Source of the DNA: a virus
Taxonomy: Duplodnaviria; Caudoviricetes
Virus record (IMG/VR): IMGVR_UViG_3300035670_000224
Location: 1 to 60,564 of that record
Strand: one strand, 5' to 3'
DNA: 60,564 nt
Part shown: positions 36,789 to 46,661 of the stretch, piece after piece
Numbering within the stretch: position 1 is the stretch's first letter
How the letters are laid out: the number at the start of each line of letters is the position of its first letter
Translations under genes and position numbers: made by a program
The notes under the pieces: generated by a model
Databases searched by the model: none
Seen by the model: the letters and a program-made list of their open reading frames with translations, nothing else
What the model was told of the DNA's origin: nothing

Positions 36789-37310
36789 ATGCTCAGTTCA
36801 TTGTTTGGTGGGGTGTATGGTGGGGTAATCAAGATAAGCCTTGTTTTAGCCCTTCTAGGGGCTTTGTACGGTGGTTATCGCTACAAAGTCAACCAAGAGG
36901 TCAAAGCAGCCGTAGCTGTTGAGAGAGTTGAACAACAAAAAAAGTTAGAAGCTGAGAAAGAAGTTCTGCTACTTAAAAAAAGAAGCGCAGAGAAATCTTT
37001 AAACGAAGACTTTAAAAAACGACAAGGAGAGAGTGATGCTAAAATTAAAAGTCTCAACGCTACTGTTAATAGCTTGCTTGCAGGGGTGCAGTCTCGTCCC
37101 GCTAGGGAGGTCAGCACAACCAATAGTGCCAGAGATACCAGCACAGGTCAAAGTACAGCAGGAGCTACTGGAGCAGGACTATTTAAGCCTGATGCAGAAT
37201 TTCTTATCAGGTATTCTGCCAACACAGAAACCTTAAAATTAGGCTTGTTGCAGTGCTACAAGGACTATGAATCTGTAAAGAAAAGTTTAGAATCTTATAG
37301 CAATAAGTAA
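36789..37310 (+). CDS. i-spanin (Rz-like)
   Basis: N-terminal TM plus coiled coil, after endolysin. Confidence 0.75.
   Translation: MLSSLFGGVYGGVIKISLVLALLGALYGGYRYKVNQEVKAAVAVERVEQQKKLEAEKEVLLLKKRSAEKSLNEDFKKRQGESDAKIKSLNATVNSLLAGVQSRPAREVSTTNSARDTSTGQSTAGATGAGLFKPDAEFLIRYSANTETLKLGLLQCYKDYESVKKSLESYSNK
37033..37236 (+). CDS. o-spanin (Rz1-like), embedded in the i-spanin gene
   Basis: Lipobox LQGC followed by a Pro-rich segment, in an alternate frame inside the Rz-like gene. Confidence 0.7.
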   Translation: MMLKLKVSTLLLIACLQGCSLVPLGRSAQPIVPEIPAQVKVQQELLEQDYLSLMQNFLSGILPTQKP

Positions 37311-37319
37311 TAGACGTAA

Positions 37320-37356
37320 GAAAACCCCCAAGGCTTTTAGCTCTGGGGGTTTTTTA
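37320..37356. terminator. bidirectional terminator between convergent modules
   Basis: AAAACCCCCA/TGGGGGTTTT stem with flanking A and T tracts. Confidence 0.8.
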
Positions 37357-37366
37357 TTGTCTGTAC

Positions 37367-37654
37367 TTATCGTTTAAGAAAAGCAACAATCGTATCGAGT
37401 ATTATTTTTGTACTTACAGTGTCATCACTATATCGAAGGACTTCTTCACCCTCCTCGAACAGTAACACTGTAGGTGAATGGTGCACTCGAAAGAAGGTTG
37501 AAATATCTGGACTATCGCTGATGTTAATCACTTGTAAAGAATCCTCATCAATGTTTGTTCCTTCAAGCTCTCGTATCAAATCTAAGGATTTTCTACAGTG
37601 CAAGTTTCTAAAAATAGTAACAACTTTTTCATTCCTTTCACTAATTTCACTCAT
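37367..37654 (-). CDS. thioredoxin-fold protein (CxxS)
   Basis: HCRKS and FRVHHSPTVLLFEEGEEV; follows nrdB. Confidence 0.6.
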   Translation of the reverse strand: MSEISERNEKVVTIFRNLHCRKSLDLIRELEGTNIDEDSLQVINISDSPDISTFFRVHHSPTVLLFEEGEEVLRYSDDTVSTKIILDTIVAFLKR

Positions 37655-38642
37655 TTTTGACTCCTTCTTTTGGTTGAATCCATACATCCCCCCATGACCC
37701 TGTTAATGCTCCCTTGGCATAATCAGTAACCTTCTGTTCAAAGAAGTTACTATGAGTTGTACCAAGCATACCATCAACCCAAGGTAACGGGTTTTTCTTT
37801 ACTTTAAAGATACCCTTTAGTCCTAAGCTAATCAATCGCCTATCAGCAATATAACGAATATAAGCCTTGACCTCTTCTTTAGCCAGACCTTTCATTTCAT
37901 TTACCCCGTAAGCAAGGTCAATAAAGTTATCTTCAAGTTGTACCATCTTCTCGGCGATAACATAGATTTGAGACTTTAGCTTATCTGTCCAGATGTCTTT
38001 ATTTTCTTTGATAAATTCTCTGAAGAGTTTAATCATGCTTTCAGTATGAAGTGACTCATCTGCAATACTCCAAGCAATGATTTGACCCATGCCCTTCATT
38101 TGCCCAAACCTTGCGAAGTTCAGTAACATCACAAAGGAGCTAAACAATTGCATACCCTCAGTGAAAGCAGAAAAGACTGCAATCTGTTGTGCCATTGTAT
38201 ACTTGTCCTGAGTAATGAACTCTTCTACAAAATCATGCTTATCTTTCATTTCCTTATACTGAAGAAATTCGTTATAAGTTGCCTCTGGTATCCCAAGTGT
38301 TTCAATCAAGTGACTGTATGCAGCAATATGGATAGCTTCCCGCGCTGCAAAACTGCTTAGCATCATACGTACTTCTGGTTGAGGGAAGTTTGGTAGATAG
38401 TTATTCACATAAGCACCTGCAACATCCACATCAGCTTGCGTAAAGAACCTAAACAAGTGCATCAGAAAATCTTTCTCAGACTGGGTTAGTTTATTTTTCC
38501 AATCTACAACATCTTCCTGCAAGGGAACTTCTTGAGGCAGCCAGTGCATTTGTTCTGACTGCATAAATGAGTCGTAGCACCACGGGTAATTGAATGGCTT
38601 ATAACTGCTGCGCTTATCTGTTAATTTAAGTTTATACTTCAT
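37647..38642 (-). CDS. nrdB: ribonucleotide reductase class Ia beta subunit
   Basis: FFTQAD, EAIH..AY, EGMQLFSSF, DESLH, NFFE motifs. Confidence 0.93.
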   Translation of the reverse strand: MKYKLKLTDKRSSYKPFNYPWCYDSFMQSEQMHWLPQEVPLQEDVVDWKNKLTQSEKDFLMHLFRFFTQADVDVAGAYVNNYLPNFPQPEVRMMLSSFAAREAIHIAAYSHLIETLGIPEATYNEFLQYKEMKDKHDFVEEFITQDKYTMAQQIAVFSAFTEGMQLFSSFVMLLNFARFGQMKGMGQIIAWSIADESLHTESMIKLFREFIKENKDIWTDKLKSQIYVIAEKMVQLEDNFIDLAYGVNEMKGLAKEEVKAYIRYIADRRLISLGLKGIFKVKKNPLPWVDGMLGTTHSNFFEQKVTDYAKGALTGSWGDVWIQPKEGVKNE

Positions 38643-38644
38643 AA

Positions 38645-41600
38645 TCAACCTTGACAAGATAAGCACTCTTCATTATTAACTAAAGCAGTTAAATCAATCT
38701 CATCCTCAATACGTTTTCTTTCTACTTTTTGTCCCACTTTATCCGCCTTTCTTAATTTTGAACTACGTACATAGTACAAAGATTTTAAACCTTGTTTCCA
38801 TGCTTGAAAATGCACAGCATGAAGGTACTTAACAGCTACATCAGGTCTTAGATAAATATTTGTACTAGCAGCTTGGTCAATCATTTTCTGACGGTCAGCC
38901 GCGTGTTCAATTATCCATCGTTGGTCAATCTCCATGCCCGTCTTGAATATGGCTTTTGTATTCTCATCTAATTCGTCAAGATGTTGTACAGAGCCATCGT
39001 TTGCAGTGATACTTGCCCAAGTTGAATTATACCAGTCTTCAGGCTTTCCTACAGCAAGCTCTTTAAGTATTTTATCAAGGTACTTATTCTTTGTAACATA
39101 AGCACCAGAGGATGTATCCTGTCTGTATACGTTTGCTGCAAAGGGTTCTGTACTTGGTGAAGTGTTACCCATAATTAAAGATGTAGAAGCATTAGGAGCA
39201 ATTGCCGAGGTATGGCTACACCGCTTCATTACACCAAAATCTGCTGCATCAGGGCAAGCACCACGCTCTTGTGCTAACTCAAAATTTGCCTTATCTAAAC
39301 CTACTTTCATGTGTTTGAAAATCTGATTGTTAACAGACTTAGCCATTACACCTTCAAAACTAAAACCACGCTTTTGCAAGTACGCATGAAAACCTAAAGC
39401 TCCAATACCTACACTTCTTTCTCTTTCTGCACTATAACGTGCTCTGGAGATTTCATCAGGTGCATTGTCAATGAAGTATTGCAACACATTATCCAGCATT
39501 TCTAAAATATCTCGCAAGAACTTATCATCCTTAGACCACTCATCATAGTATTCAAGATTTGGTGAACTCAAGCAACATACAGCAGTACGGTCAGGACTTG
39601 TTACTAGACTTATCTCGGAACATTGTCCAGTCAATATGCCGTTAAAAACCCCCATGCCGCGCTTTGGTTCAGTAAAGCAATAAGTGTCATCATAACGTCC
39701 TTCGTCAAGAACTTCAGTTACTTTTGTAAACTGAGTACATTCTCTATTTGGAACATGAGCAGAGAGCACTAAGCGGTTAGTCTTAAAACCCAGTTCTTGC
39801 AAAGTACAAATACCAGTCTGCCCAATGAGTAATCTAAAAATCTTTTGTGTCCAGTATTCTTTGTTATCCCCTGTTCCGTCGTTTTTAGGCAGCCAATTCC
39901 ATCCTTCGTCCCTAGACATTGTTACTTTTGAGGAGACACCTAGTGTTTGTAGCAGTAGCTGCACCTCTAGGAGCATATTGTAGTTAATACTGCCTACCTG
40001 TATACTTTGCGTTTTACCATTTCTAGTTACAGTTCCATCGCCATCACACAACCCAGCAAACCACTTGAGTTTAGATGCAATTGTGAAATCCCCGTTAGGT
40101 ACAAAAAACTTACTGCGAAGAGACCTAGTTGTTGCAATTTCTCTGTTTTCACTTTCCTGTACGTACCAGTTTGTAAAAATAGATTGATTAACAAAGTCCT
40201 TGAGTTTACGTTTCTCGTGGTAAAAATATATCTTTTGTTGACTCTTATCTACAAAACCTTCTGCACTAAATAGCCCATTTTCATACGCATTCTCTAACAC
40301 AGTTGTACCCTCTATGATTGGAAAATCACATTTAATCAGCTTATCTCCTTTAACCAACTCGTTTGCTCTTTTTTCGATTACCCAACGATTACCACCTGTG
40401 GGGTGACGCATAGCCACATAGAATTTATGGTAAGGCGTACATTCCAACTCAAAGCCGCAATTTGTTTTAACCTTAATAAGTTTTTGGTTTTCCCCTGTTT
40501 TAACTACCTTGGTGCTTGAAAACTCCTTACCATTCCATACATTAACTTGTTCATCTTCTAAGTCGGCTATCTGTTGATACCCTTCGTCAGTGAGTATAAG
40601 TGTTTCTGGTGCTACACATAAATTGCTACCATGATTCTTTAATCCAATCGCTTTTTGATACTCTGGCACACCTTCATTAGCTCTGTCAATAAACCAAATA
40701 TAAGGCTCTCCAGTGTGTATACGAAGCTCTAAAAGTTTAGACCACAGTTTCTTAGCCGAAACAACTTCCTTAACCTTGCCTGTGTTTGGTTGTATCAATT
40801 CCCAATCGTCCTTCGCCTCTGGGTCTACCATGCAGCGCTCAATGATTTGCATGAACTTATCTGAAATATTCACACCATGATGCAGGTTCAATGTACGAAG
40901 ATTTTGGTCTCCTGTAGGCTTTCTCATCTCTAAGAATTGAACAATATCGGGGTGAGACATATCCAAGTACATTGCATAGCTGCCTCTCCGTGAACCTTGT
41001 TTATAAGCAAGGGTACAAGCATCATAGGTTTTTAAGTGCGGCATTACACCTACTGATTTATCATCTGCACCACGTATCCCTACATGAACACCTACACCTC
41101 CACCATACATAGACAACCAATTTGTCTCTGATAGATTATTAACCAAGTCGCTACTTGTATCCGCCAAAAAATTTAAGTAACAATTATGTGCAATCAAACC
41201 AGCGGCAGAAAAGCTCTCATCTTCTTCAACTTGAATATCATGTACAAGCATTTCCGTATTAACTTTTGTAATAGACTTAATACCTGAGTAAGATAAACCA
41301 TCTAGCATTCTGATACCATCACGGACAGAGTTTCGTTTAGTCGAAATATCAGAAAACGTCAGTAAACCATTGTACACAAAATTTTCTCTCGCTTTGTTAA
41401 AAGCACAATACTTACGATACTGCGCCGATACGCGATAACCTCTCTCCATAAGTTTGAGACCAATTTGTGAAACAAGAACTGTATTTGTTAACTCAAACAT
41501 CCTGCAAGATGTTGTCTTAAAACCGTCTCCTAAATAGAAACCTTCGATGAACGCATCCAGCACTTCGTTTTTCCACTTCACCCGCATCCACTCTGATGGA

Positions 41601-42520
41601 AGCCGCTTCACCTTACAACCTTTGCCGAACAAGGTATCAAAGTTTCGTTGCAGGTCTACACTGTAAACCTCTCCACCGTACCAGTTTCTACCCTCTTGGT
41701 CAGTGGTTGTACTGTTTAGACCAAACTTATTCCCAATAATAGTCGCAAACTTCTTGCACGGTTCTAAGTCGCCGTGTGTAACCTTGACAGCACCATTTTT
41801 CGCTGTTGAGCCTTCTGCAAACCAAAATCCAAGTGCCCAAGCTAATTCCGAGTCAACCTCTACGTTAGAAGCTACTCTTGTAGCTGAAAACTGCCCTGCG
41901 TTGTTTGACTCTTTTCTCGTGTCGCTTGTTTGGAAATACAGTGTGGTTTCCTCGCCTCGTTCAACTTTACCAGAGCTTGCTATAAGGTCGTTCCCTACAA
42001 CAAGCTCATCTACCCTTTTCCAACCTGAATTGGTGTACATAAGGTGATTACCTGTAACAAACAATGGGGTAGTATTCTGTAGGGAACGAAGCTCGTAAAT
42101 ATCATCTGACTTGCTTTGCTTCGTTGCAAGAACTTTTCTGAATCGCCCCTTGTGTGTTAAAACAAGGTCTCCTTTAGCAATATCCTCGATATTCTTAATC
42201 CCGTCTTCTGTATATACAGGTGTGCCACTAGCAAAACATGAAATTGGAAGTCCACGTTTGTTTTTCCCAAATGAAAGAATAGGTGTAGCATAGGATAACC
42301 AGTGCTTACTTGAGTAATCATACAATCGTTGAGCGTGCTCTTGATTACTTGCAAAAGCTGCGCTTACAAAAGCAAACCTCTCTTGTGGAGATGTCTCATC
42401 ATCTCGCATATAGCTTTCACGTAATCGGGTCATACCCAAAGGGTCAAACAATCCGTCACGTTCATAATCAATAACGATGTTGTATTTATCTCCGTTATTT
42501 GCATTAGTATACTCAGACAT
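38645..42520 (-). CDS. nrdA: ribonucleotide reductase class Ia alpha subunit with two inteins
   Basis: GLPISC, GGGVG, GEPY, SNLCSEI (after intein removal), APNASTS, KSLYY, C-terminal CLSCQG. Confidence 0.93.
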   Translation of the reverse strand: MSEYTNANNGDKYNIVIDYERDGLFDPLGMTRLRESYMRDDETSPQERFAFVSAAFASNQEHAQRLYDYSSKHWLSYATPILSFGKNKRGLPISCFASGTPVYTEDGIKNIEDIAKGDLVLTHKGRFRKVLATKQSKSDDIYELRSLQNTTPLFVTGNHLMYTNSGWKRVDELVVGNDLIASSGKVERGEETTLYFQTSDTRKESNNAGQFSATRVASNVEVDSELAWALGFWFAEGSTAKNGAVKVTHGDLEPCKKFATIIGNKFGLNSTTTDQEGRNWYGGEVYSVDLQRNFDTLFGKGCKVKRLPSEWMRVKWKNEVLDAFIEGFYLGDGFKTTSCRMFELTNTVLVSQIGLKLMERGYRVSAQYRKYCAFNKARENFVYNGLLTFSDISTKRNSVRDGIRMLDGLSYSGIKSITKVNTEMLVHDIQVEEDESFSAAGLIAHNCYLNFLADTSSDLVNNLSETNWLSMYGGGVGVHVGIRGADDKSVGVMPHLKTYDACTLAYKQGSRRGSYAMYLDMSHPDIVQFLEMRKPTGDQNLRTLNLHHGVNISDKFMQIIERCMVDPEAKDDWELIQPNTGKVKEVVSAKKLWSKLLELRIHTGEPYIWFIDRANEGVPEYQKAIGLKNHGSNLCVAPETLILTDEGYQQIADLEDEQVNVWNGKEFSSTKVVKTGENQKLIKVKTNCGFELECTPYHKFYVAMRHPTGGNRWVIEKRANELVKGDKLIKCDFPIIEGTTVLENAYENGLFSAEGFVDKSQQKIYFYHEKRKLKDFVNQSIFTNWYVQESENREIATTRSLRSKFFVPNGDFTIASKLKWFAGLCDGDGTVTRNGKTQSIQVGSINYNMLLEVQLLLQTLGVSSKVTMSRDEGWNWLPKNDGTGDNKEYWTQKIFRLLIGQTGICTLQELGFKTNRLVLSAHVPNRECTQFTKVTEVLDEGRYDDTYCFTEPKRGMGVFNGILTGQCSEISLVTSPDRTAVCCLSSPNLEYYDEWSKDDKFLRDILEMLDNVLQYFIDNAPDEISRARYSAERERSVGIGALGFHAYLQKRGFSFEGVMAKSVNNQIFKHMKVGLDKANFELAQERGACPDAADFGVMKRCSHTSAIAPNASTSLIMGNTSPSTEPFAANVYRQDTSSGAYVTKNKYLDKILKELAVGKPEDWYNSTWASITANDGSVQHLDELDENTKAIFKTGMEIDQRWIIEHAADRQKMIDQAASTNIYLRPDVAVKYLHAVHFQAWKQGLKSLYYVRSSKLRKADKVGQKVERKRIEDEIDLTALVNNEECLSCQG
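39623..40618 (-). mobile_element. intein 2 in nrdA (332 aa, LAGLIDADG, C-terminal Gln)
   Basis: SNL|CVAPETLILT...CTPYHKF...FAGLCDGDG...GVFNGILTGQ|CSEI. Confidence 0.9.
41183..42238 (-). mobile_element. intein 1 in nrdA (352 aa, LAGLIDADG)
   Basis: PIS|CFASGTPV...VTGNH...LGFWFAEG...FIEGFYLGDG...VHDIQV...IAHN|CYL. Confidence 0.92.
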
Positions 42521-42855
42521 TAACTCAACCCCTTCTGACGATATAAATCGCCAAGTAACTTAGAACCACTCGCCTTATCTTTAGCCTCTCTTGAAGCATA
42601 GCCAGATTTAATCCATTTCTCATCTGTACGTTCATTACCTAAGTACCTATCGCACTGAACAACCGTACCATCTAGTGCTTTGTGTTGTATATTCTCTTGA
42701 GTCTCAAGTCCTTGGTTTACATCAAGACCTAACTCATACAAGATATTTAAAAACTCTTTTCTATTTGACTGTACAAAATCGTAAGTAAAGTTAGGAACTA
42801 TTTTAGCAATATCTGCTGCTGAAATGATTTTTAATGCTATGATATTTGTTGACAT
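42520..42855 (-). CDS. hypothetical phage protein
   Basis: 111-aa ORF with AGGAG RBS, coupled to neighbours. Confidence 0.7.
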   Translation of the reverse strand: MSTNIIALKIISAADIAKIVPNFTYDFVQSNRKEFLNILYELGLDVNQGLETQENIQHKALDGTVVQCDRYLGNERTDEKWIKSGYASREAKDKASGSKLLGDLYRQKGLS

Positions 42856-43524
42856 TTATTCTCCTTTTGTGTTTACTGCGTGGTTAAATATAGTTTGAAT
42901 TGCTTCTGCAACTTTCAAGGCTAATAGTCTGTGTTCCTTTTGTGTGCTAATGTCTTTTCTTACTTCGATGTAGTGAATCCAAGAACGAATAGTCCCTTGC
43001 ACATATAGCCTGCTCATTGTATTGCCCTCTGGTAAGACTACCCGTGCCTGCTCTTTAGCAATACCATTTGTTATAGCCCACTGATATGTCTCCTTAGCTA
43101 AACGTATTACATCCTGTTGCTTCTCTTCCCATAGGTTTTGCAATTCCTTATCATCTACTTCAATGCTACTTTGACGATTCTTAACATCTTGCAATCTTGC
43201 TTCTCGGATAATAAATTGCATGTCTTTTACAGGGTCTGCATATCTTTGAGAGAACTCCTGATATGAAAATGACCTGTGACGTAAAAGTTGACGGGCTATA
43301 TCTCGTGGACACTCTACTTCTATAGTAACTGAAGCCATCTCTAAAGGAGACCAATGTTTATTTTTAATAAGATAGCTAATCAGTTTATCTGATGTAGTCG
43401 TATTAAGTTGGTTACTTGGATTAGAGACTCTTGCACAATAAGATACAAGGTCTTTGACATCTGAGAAACTGCCCTTAAATTCCTCGCTTGGTTGCGTGTA
43501 GCCGATAATTTTTGCACTAATCAT
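42856..43524 (-). CDS. thyX: FAD-dependent thymidylate synthase
   Basis: HWSPLE and RHRSFSYQEFSQRY signature. Confidence 0.93.
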   Translation of the reverse strand: MISAKIIGYTQPSEEFKGSFSDVKDLVSYCARVSNPSNQLNTTTSDKLISYLIKNKHWSPLEMASVTIEVECPRDIARQLLRHRSFSYQEFSQRYADPVKDMQFIIREARLQDVKNRQSSIEVDDKELQNLWEEKQQDVIRLAKETYQWAITNGIAKEQARVVLPEGNTMSRLYVQGTIRSWIHYIEVRKDISTQKEHRLLALKVAEAIQTIFNHAVNTKGE

Positions 43525-44069
43525 TTACCCACCCCCTTATTAAACTCAGGACTATATCTAAACTCTGAAAGAAACAGCGCATTAACAGCAATTGCAGCCA
43601 AGTGGTCATTGCCCTCTGTATCTACTGTTTCACCCTTCCTATAAGCCTCTGTATGCCTTATAAGTGCATCTAAATATCGTTCCTTAGCTCCATCAACATA
43701 TTTCCAGTTATCTGGTGCATATTTACTTGCCCCAAGTGTTAAACATTTAGCTACCTGCTCTAAAGCATAAGGAGGAATCAATGAATAGCGCAGCTTACCT
43801 GCATCGTCTTTACGTCCAGAGACTGTCTCCTTCACCACCTTAGCAAATATCACTCCAGCGCAATTGCCTGTTGTATTATTGCTGCTCAACTCTTTACAAA
43901 GTTCTTCAGAGTTTCTAGCACAGCACCCAAAACAAGAGCCTTGTATGCTTTCTTTTAGACGCTCATAGTCAGCACCTAGTGCATGAACGATGCTACCAAC
44001 TGCACTGTTTGCACTCTTAACTTTTGTCGTTCCCTGTGCATTCTTAACACTGTGTATTTGCTCTGACAT
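43521..44069 (-). CDS. dATP/dGTP diphosphohydrolase domain protein (DUF5664-like)
   Basis: GRKDDAGKLRYSLIP...GASKYAPDNW...DALIRH...HLAAIAVNALF. Confidence 0.75.
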   Translation of the reverse strand: MSEQIHSVKNAQGTTKVKSANSAVGSIVHALGADYERLKESIQGSCFGCCARNSEELCKELSSNNTTGNCAGVIFAKVVKETVSGRKDDAGKLRYSLIPPYALEQVAKCLTLGASKYAPDNWKYVDGAKERYLDALIRHTEAYRKGETVDTEGNDHLAAIAVNALFLSEFRYSPEFNKGVGK

Positions 44070-44607
44070 AATTCTCCTTTACTTCGGTGGTTATATATTT
44101 AGATAAGTCATTAGACACAAAGTTCAACGGCTTGACTATCTTGCCAGTTTCGCTGTTTCTAATAACAAACCTATTATACTCCTGATTGAAGGTGTGAAAA
44201 GTATTTATACCTTTTTCTGTCTTTAATTTATCGACAGTTTGGTAAACAACAGAAGGGATATTTGTGTACTTACTAAGATTGTTATTAGCGGTATCAATAC
44301 CAGCTTGCCCAACATCCACACCTAGTGTCTCTAGCTTCTGCATAAAACCAAAAACTGTAATGATAATGTCCAAGCAGTCATCCAAAACAGGCTCAAGCAT
44401 AAATGATTCAAGTGAGAGCCTACTGATGTTATCCCCATCTACAGTGTCGAGCTTATCCCCTACATTTACAGCAAGTTCTTTAAACTCTTCCCGTATATAG
44501 CTATATTGTTCTAGGAATGCTTTCTCATCTACTTCATTCACAGACCCAGATATTGTATTAAACTCTTTTGTTAAATCATAAAGTTTCTGTATTTTATTCC
44601 CCGTCAT
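44044..44607 (-). CDS. MazG-like nucleotide pyrophosphohydrolase
   Basis: IREEFKEL, LDDCLD, NNLSK, GKIVKP motifs. Confidence 0.65.
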   Translation of the reverse strand: MTGNKIQKLYDLTKEFNTISGSVNEVDEKAFLEQYSYIREEFKELAVNVGDKLDTVDGDNISRLSLESFMLEPVLDDCLDIIITVFGFMQKLETLGVDVGQAGIDTANNNLSKYTNIPSVVYQTVDKLKTEKGINTFHTFNQEYNRFVIRNSETGKIVKPLNFVSNDLSKYITTEVKENYVRANTQC

Positions 44608-44788
44608 TACTTACCTCCTCACAATCCTTTTTAAGGATAATATTTGTATAGCCACTAGGCTCTCTTACTAAATAATCCTCAGCTGTCTCATTGATAGTTG
44701 TGAAGACCTTACCTATGTGATTAGCATACCAAAATAGCGAATCACTACAGGTGATAACCCTTATTTTAATAGTAATTCGCTTTGGCAT
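44594..44788 (-). CDS. hypothetical phage protein
   Basis: 64-aa ORF coupled to neighbours. Confidence 0.6.
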   Translation of the reverse strand: MPKRITIKIRVITCSDSLFWYANHIGKVFTTINETAEDYLVREPSGYTNIILKKDCEEVSNDGE

Positions 44789-45009
44789 TACTTTTTATTC
44801 TTCACAAAAAATGATTCTGCTTGGGCTTTAACTGGCACTGCACTGACATCTTCGTGGTAAATAATTTGACTTGCAGTATCCCCTGCATCATCCTTGTATT
44901 CCACTACGTATCGCCACTCCTTACCATAAATAGTCTGAACATCTTTAACTATACCTTGCACTTCGTTACCATTGATTTTAGCTATCACTTTATCTTCTAC
45001 TTTAAACAT
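44788..45009 (-). CDS. small SH3-like hypothetical protein
   Basis: MFKVEDKV start with AGGAGG RBS. Confidence 0.6.
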   Translation of the reverse strand: MFKVEDKVIAKINGNEVQGIVKDVQTIYGKEWRYVVEYKDDAGDTASQIIYHEDVSAVPVKAQAESFFVKNKK

Positions 45010-45068
45010 GATTTTCCTCCTTGTATTATAAATTAACCTCTGCCTTTTAAAATCTGCACTATTACTGC

Positions 45069-45410
45069 CTACCAAGCCTCAAATTGAATGTCATAACCAT
45101 TCTTTTCACAGTCAGATAGCCAGTGCTCAAACTCTGCAATGTGCTCCTTTCCAGTGTTATAAACTCTCGTGCCGATGGGTTTATTTTCACAAAAGGAGTC
45201 CTCTTTAGCATATATGTTTTCCACCTTGTCCTCAGAAACGGATAAAACCCATCTTTTATATTCACAAATCTTGTCTTGCTTTTGCATAATTTGTTGCGTA
45301 ACTGTAGTAGGTGTTTGCCAAACAGGGAACTTTATTTGCTGGACATCTGTCTTATTTGTACTGAGTACAAGAATTTTCCGTTTCGCTATAATATGTATGT
45401 TTGTACTCAT
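45069..45410 (-). CDS. hypothetical phage protein
   Basis: MSTNIHII start with GAGGG RBS; WQTPT motif. Confidence 0.6.
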   Translation of the reverse strand: MSTNIHIIAKRKILVLSTNKTDVQQIKFPVWQTPTTVTQQIMQKQDKICEYKRWVLSVSEDKVENIYAKEDSFCENKPIGTRVYNTGKEHIAEFEHWLSDCEKNGYDIQFEAW

Positions 45411-45630
45411 ACCCTCTTTCCTCCTTGTAGTTATCAACCGCTGATTTAAAATTGTCAAGCAGAACCTTGTTTATGTGTTCTGCTTGATTGTCGTTATACT
45501 CTTCTGTTCCGCACTCTGAGCATCTGACGAAAAACAAGGGAAGTTGTACTTCTATCTCCTTGTAGTTAACATCTTTTGTCTCATAGTGAAAATAGAATGT
45601 ATCTACTGCTCCGCAAGTATTACACCGCAC
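45352..45630 (-). CDS. zinc-finger protein (YgiT/MqsA-N-like)
   Basis: CNTC...CSECGTE; GGGGG RBS. Confidence 0.55.
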   Translation of the reverse strand: MRCNTCGAVDTFYFHYETKDVNYKEIEVQLPLFFVRCSECGTEEYNDNQAEHINKVLLDNFKSAVDNYKEERGYEYKHTYYSETENSCTQYK

Positions 45631-45729
45631 TTATTACCCCCTTTTTCACAAATAAAAACCCTCAAGACGGTTAAATCTTGAAGGCTTTATTATAACACAA
45701 ATTTTGACATTTTGTTACTCTTGTGTAAT

Positions 45730-46653
45730 TTACATTACTAAATTTTTTCTCTTACCTTTGGTGGTTGTACTTGTTCTATTTCTATGAACAGCACCGCACG
45801 AATCGCAACGATATTCTTCAAATAAAGAAAGTGAAGTTGCTGCTACCCTGCCTGTCAAGTGAATGTCATCAGAACCGCACGTCCTACAACGTAGCTTTTC
45901 ATCATTATAGTACAAGCCAGCGTTGAAATCTGAACCAGCTTTCCCAGCATGACGGATTCTCAGATAAACTTGCTCAAGTACTACAACGTCTTGCTCGCAG
46001 TATTGTAGCATATCTTTCATAGCTTGTTTGTTACCAAATTGCACTTCTTTCCAAAGAGTGATACCAGAGGTATCTAGCTTTGTCTCCAAGCCAAAGTACT
46101 CTGCGACATCACCCAGTTTGTTACTTGGCAATCTGAATGACTTCTTAGCAATCTCTAGTGTATCAAGAACCTTAACTACAGGTAAAGCTGGAAAGTAGTT
46201 AGCTGTAGCTCTGGCTTGTAGTACCTTGTGGTCAAAGCCTTTAGAGTTATGAGCAACCACCGCATCTGCATCTTCATATAACTCAAAGAACGTAGCAATG
46301 ATTCGACTATCGTCGCCATTATCTATTTCCTCTGGGGTAAGACTGATAGAAGATATTTTACTATCTCCTAGATATTTCCATGCTGCACAAAGGATATATC
46401 CACCGCTTTTTACTACGTTCTTTTGTGAGATATTTTGCTTCCACCTACCAAAATGCAGAGAAATATCTGCTGCTGTCTCTAAGTCAAATAAAAGGATTCT
46501 TGGTGCAGAGTTATCTACGGCTTCTGTCTGCTCTCTTGCGAGATAATAATTGATACCTGATTTAGAAATATTTAACTTGGTTGCTATTTTCCTAGAGGAC
46601 AACCCCTTAGCTTTAAGTTCTAGTATCTTTTTGCACGTTTCTGTATTGTACAT
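45730..46653 (-). CDS. HTH plus RNase H-like (DEDD) exonuclease with C-terminal zinc ribbon
   Basis: GLSSRKIA HTH; FDLET, AHNSKGFD, YCEQDV; CRTC and CDSC. Confidence 0.75.
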   Translation of the reverse strand: MYNTETCKKILELKAKGLSSRKIATKLNISKSGINYYLAREQTEAVDNSAPRILLFDLETAADISLHFGRWKQNISQKNVVKSGGYILCAAWKYLGDSKISSISLTPEEIDNGDDSRIIATFFELYEDADAVVAHNSKGFDHKVLQARATANYFPALPVVKVLDTLEIAKKSFRLPSNKLGDVAEYFGLETKLDTSGITLWKEVQFGNKQAMKDMLQYCEQDVVVLEQVYLRIRHAGKAGSDFNAGLYYNDEKLRCRTCGSDDIHLTGRVAATSLSLFEEYRCDSCGAVHRNRTSTTTKGKRKNLVM

Positions 46654-46661
46654 CTAGTTCC

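Noticed and set aside
43521-44607. 2-aminoadenine (Z) genome pathway
   Set aside because: No PurZ-like gene in the window; the hydrolases alone are insufficient.
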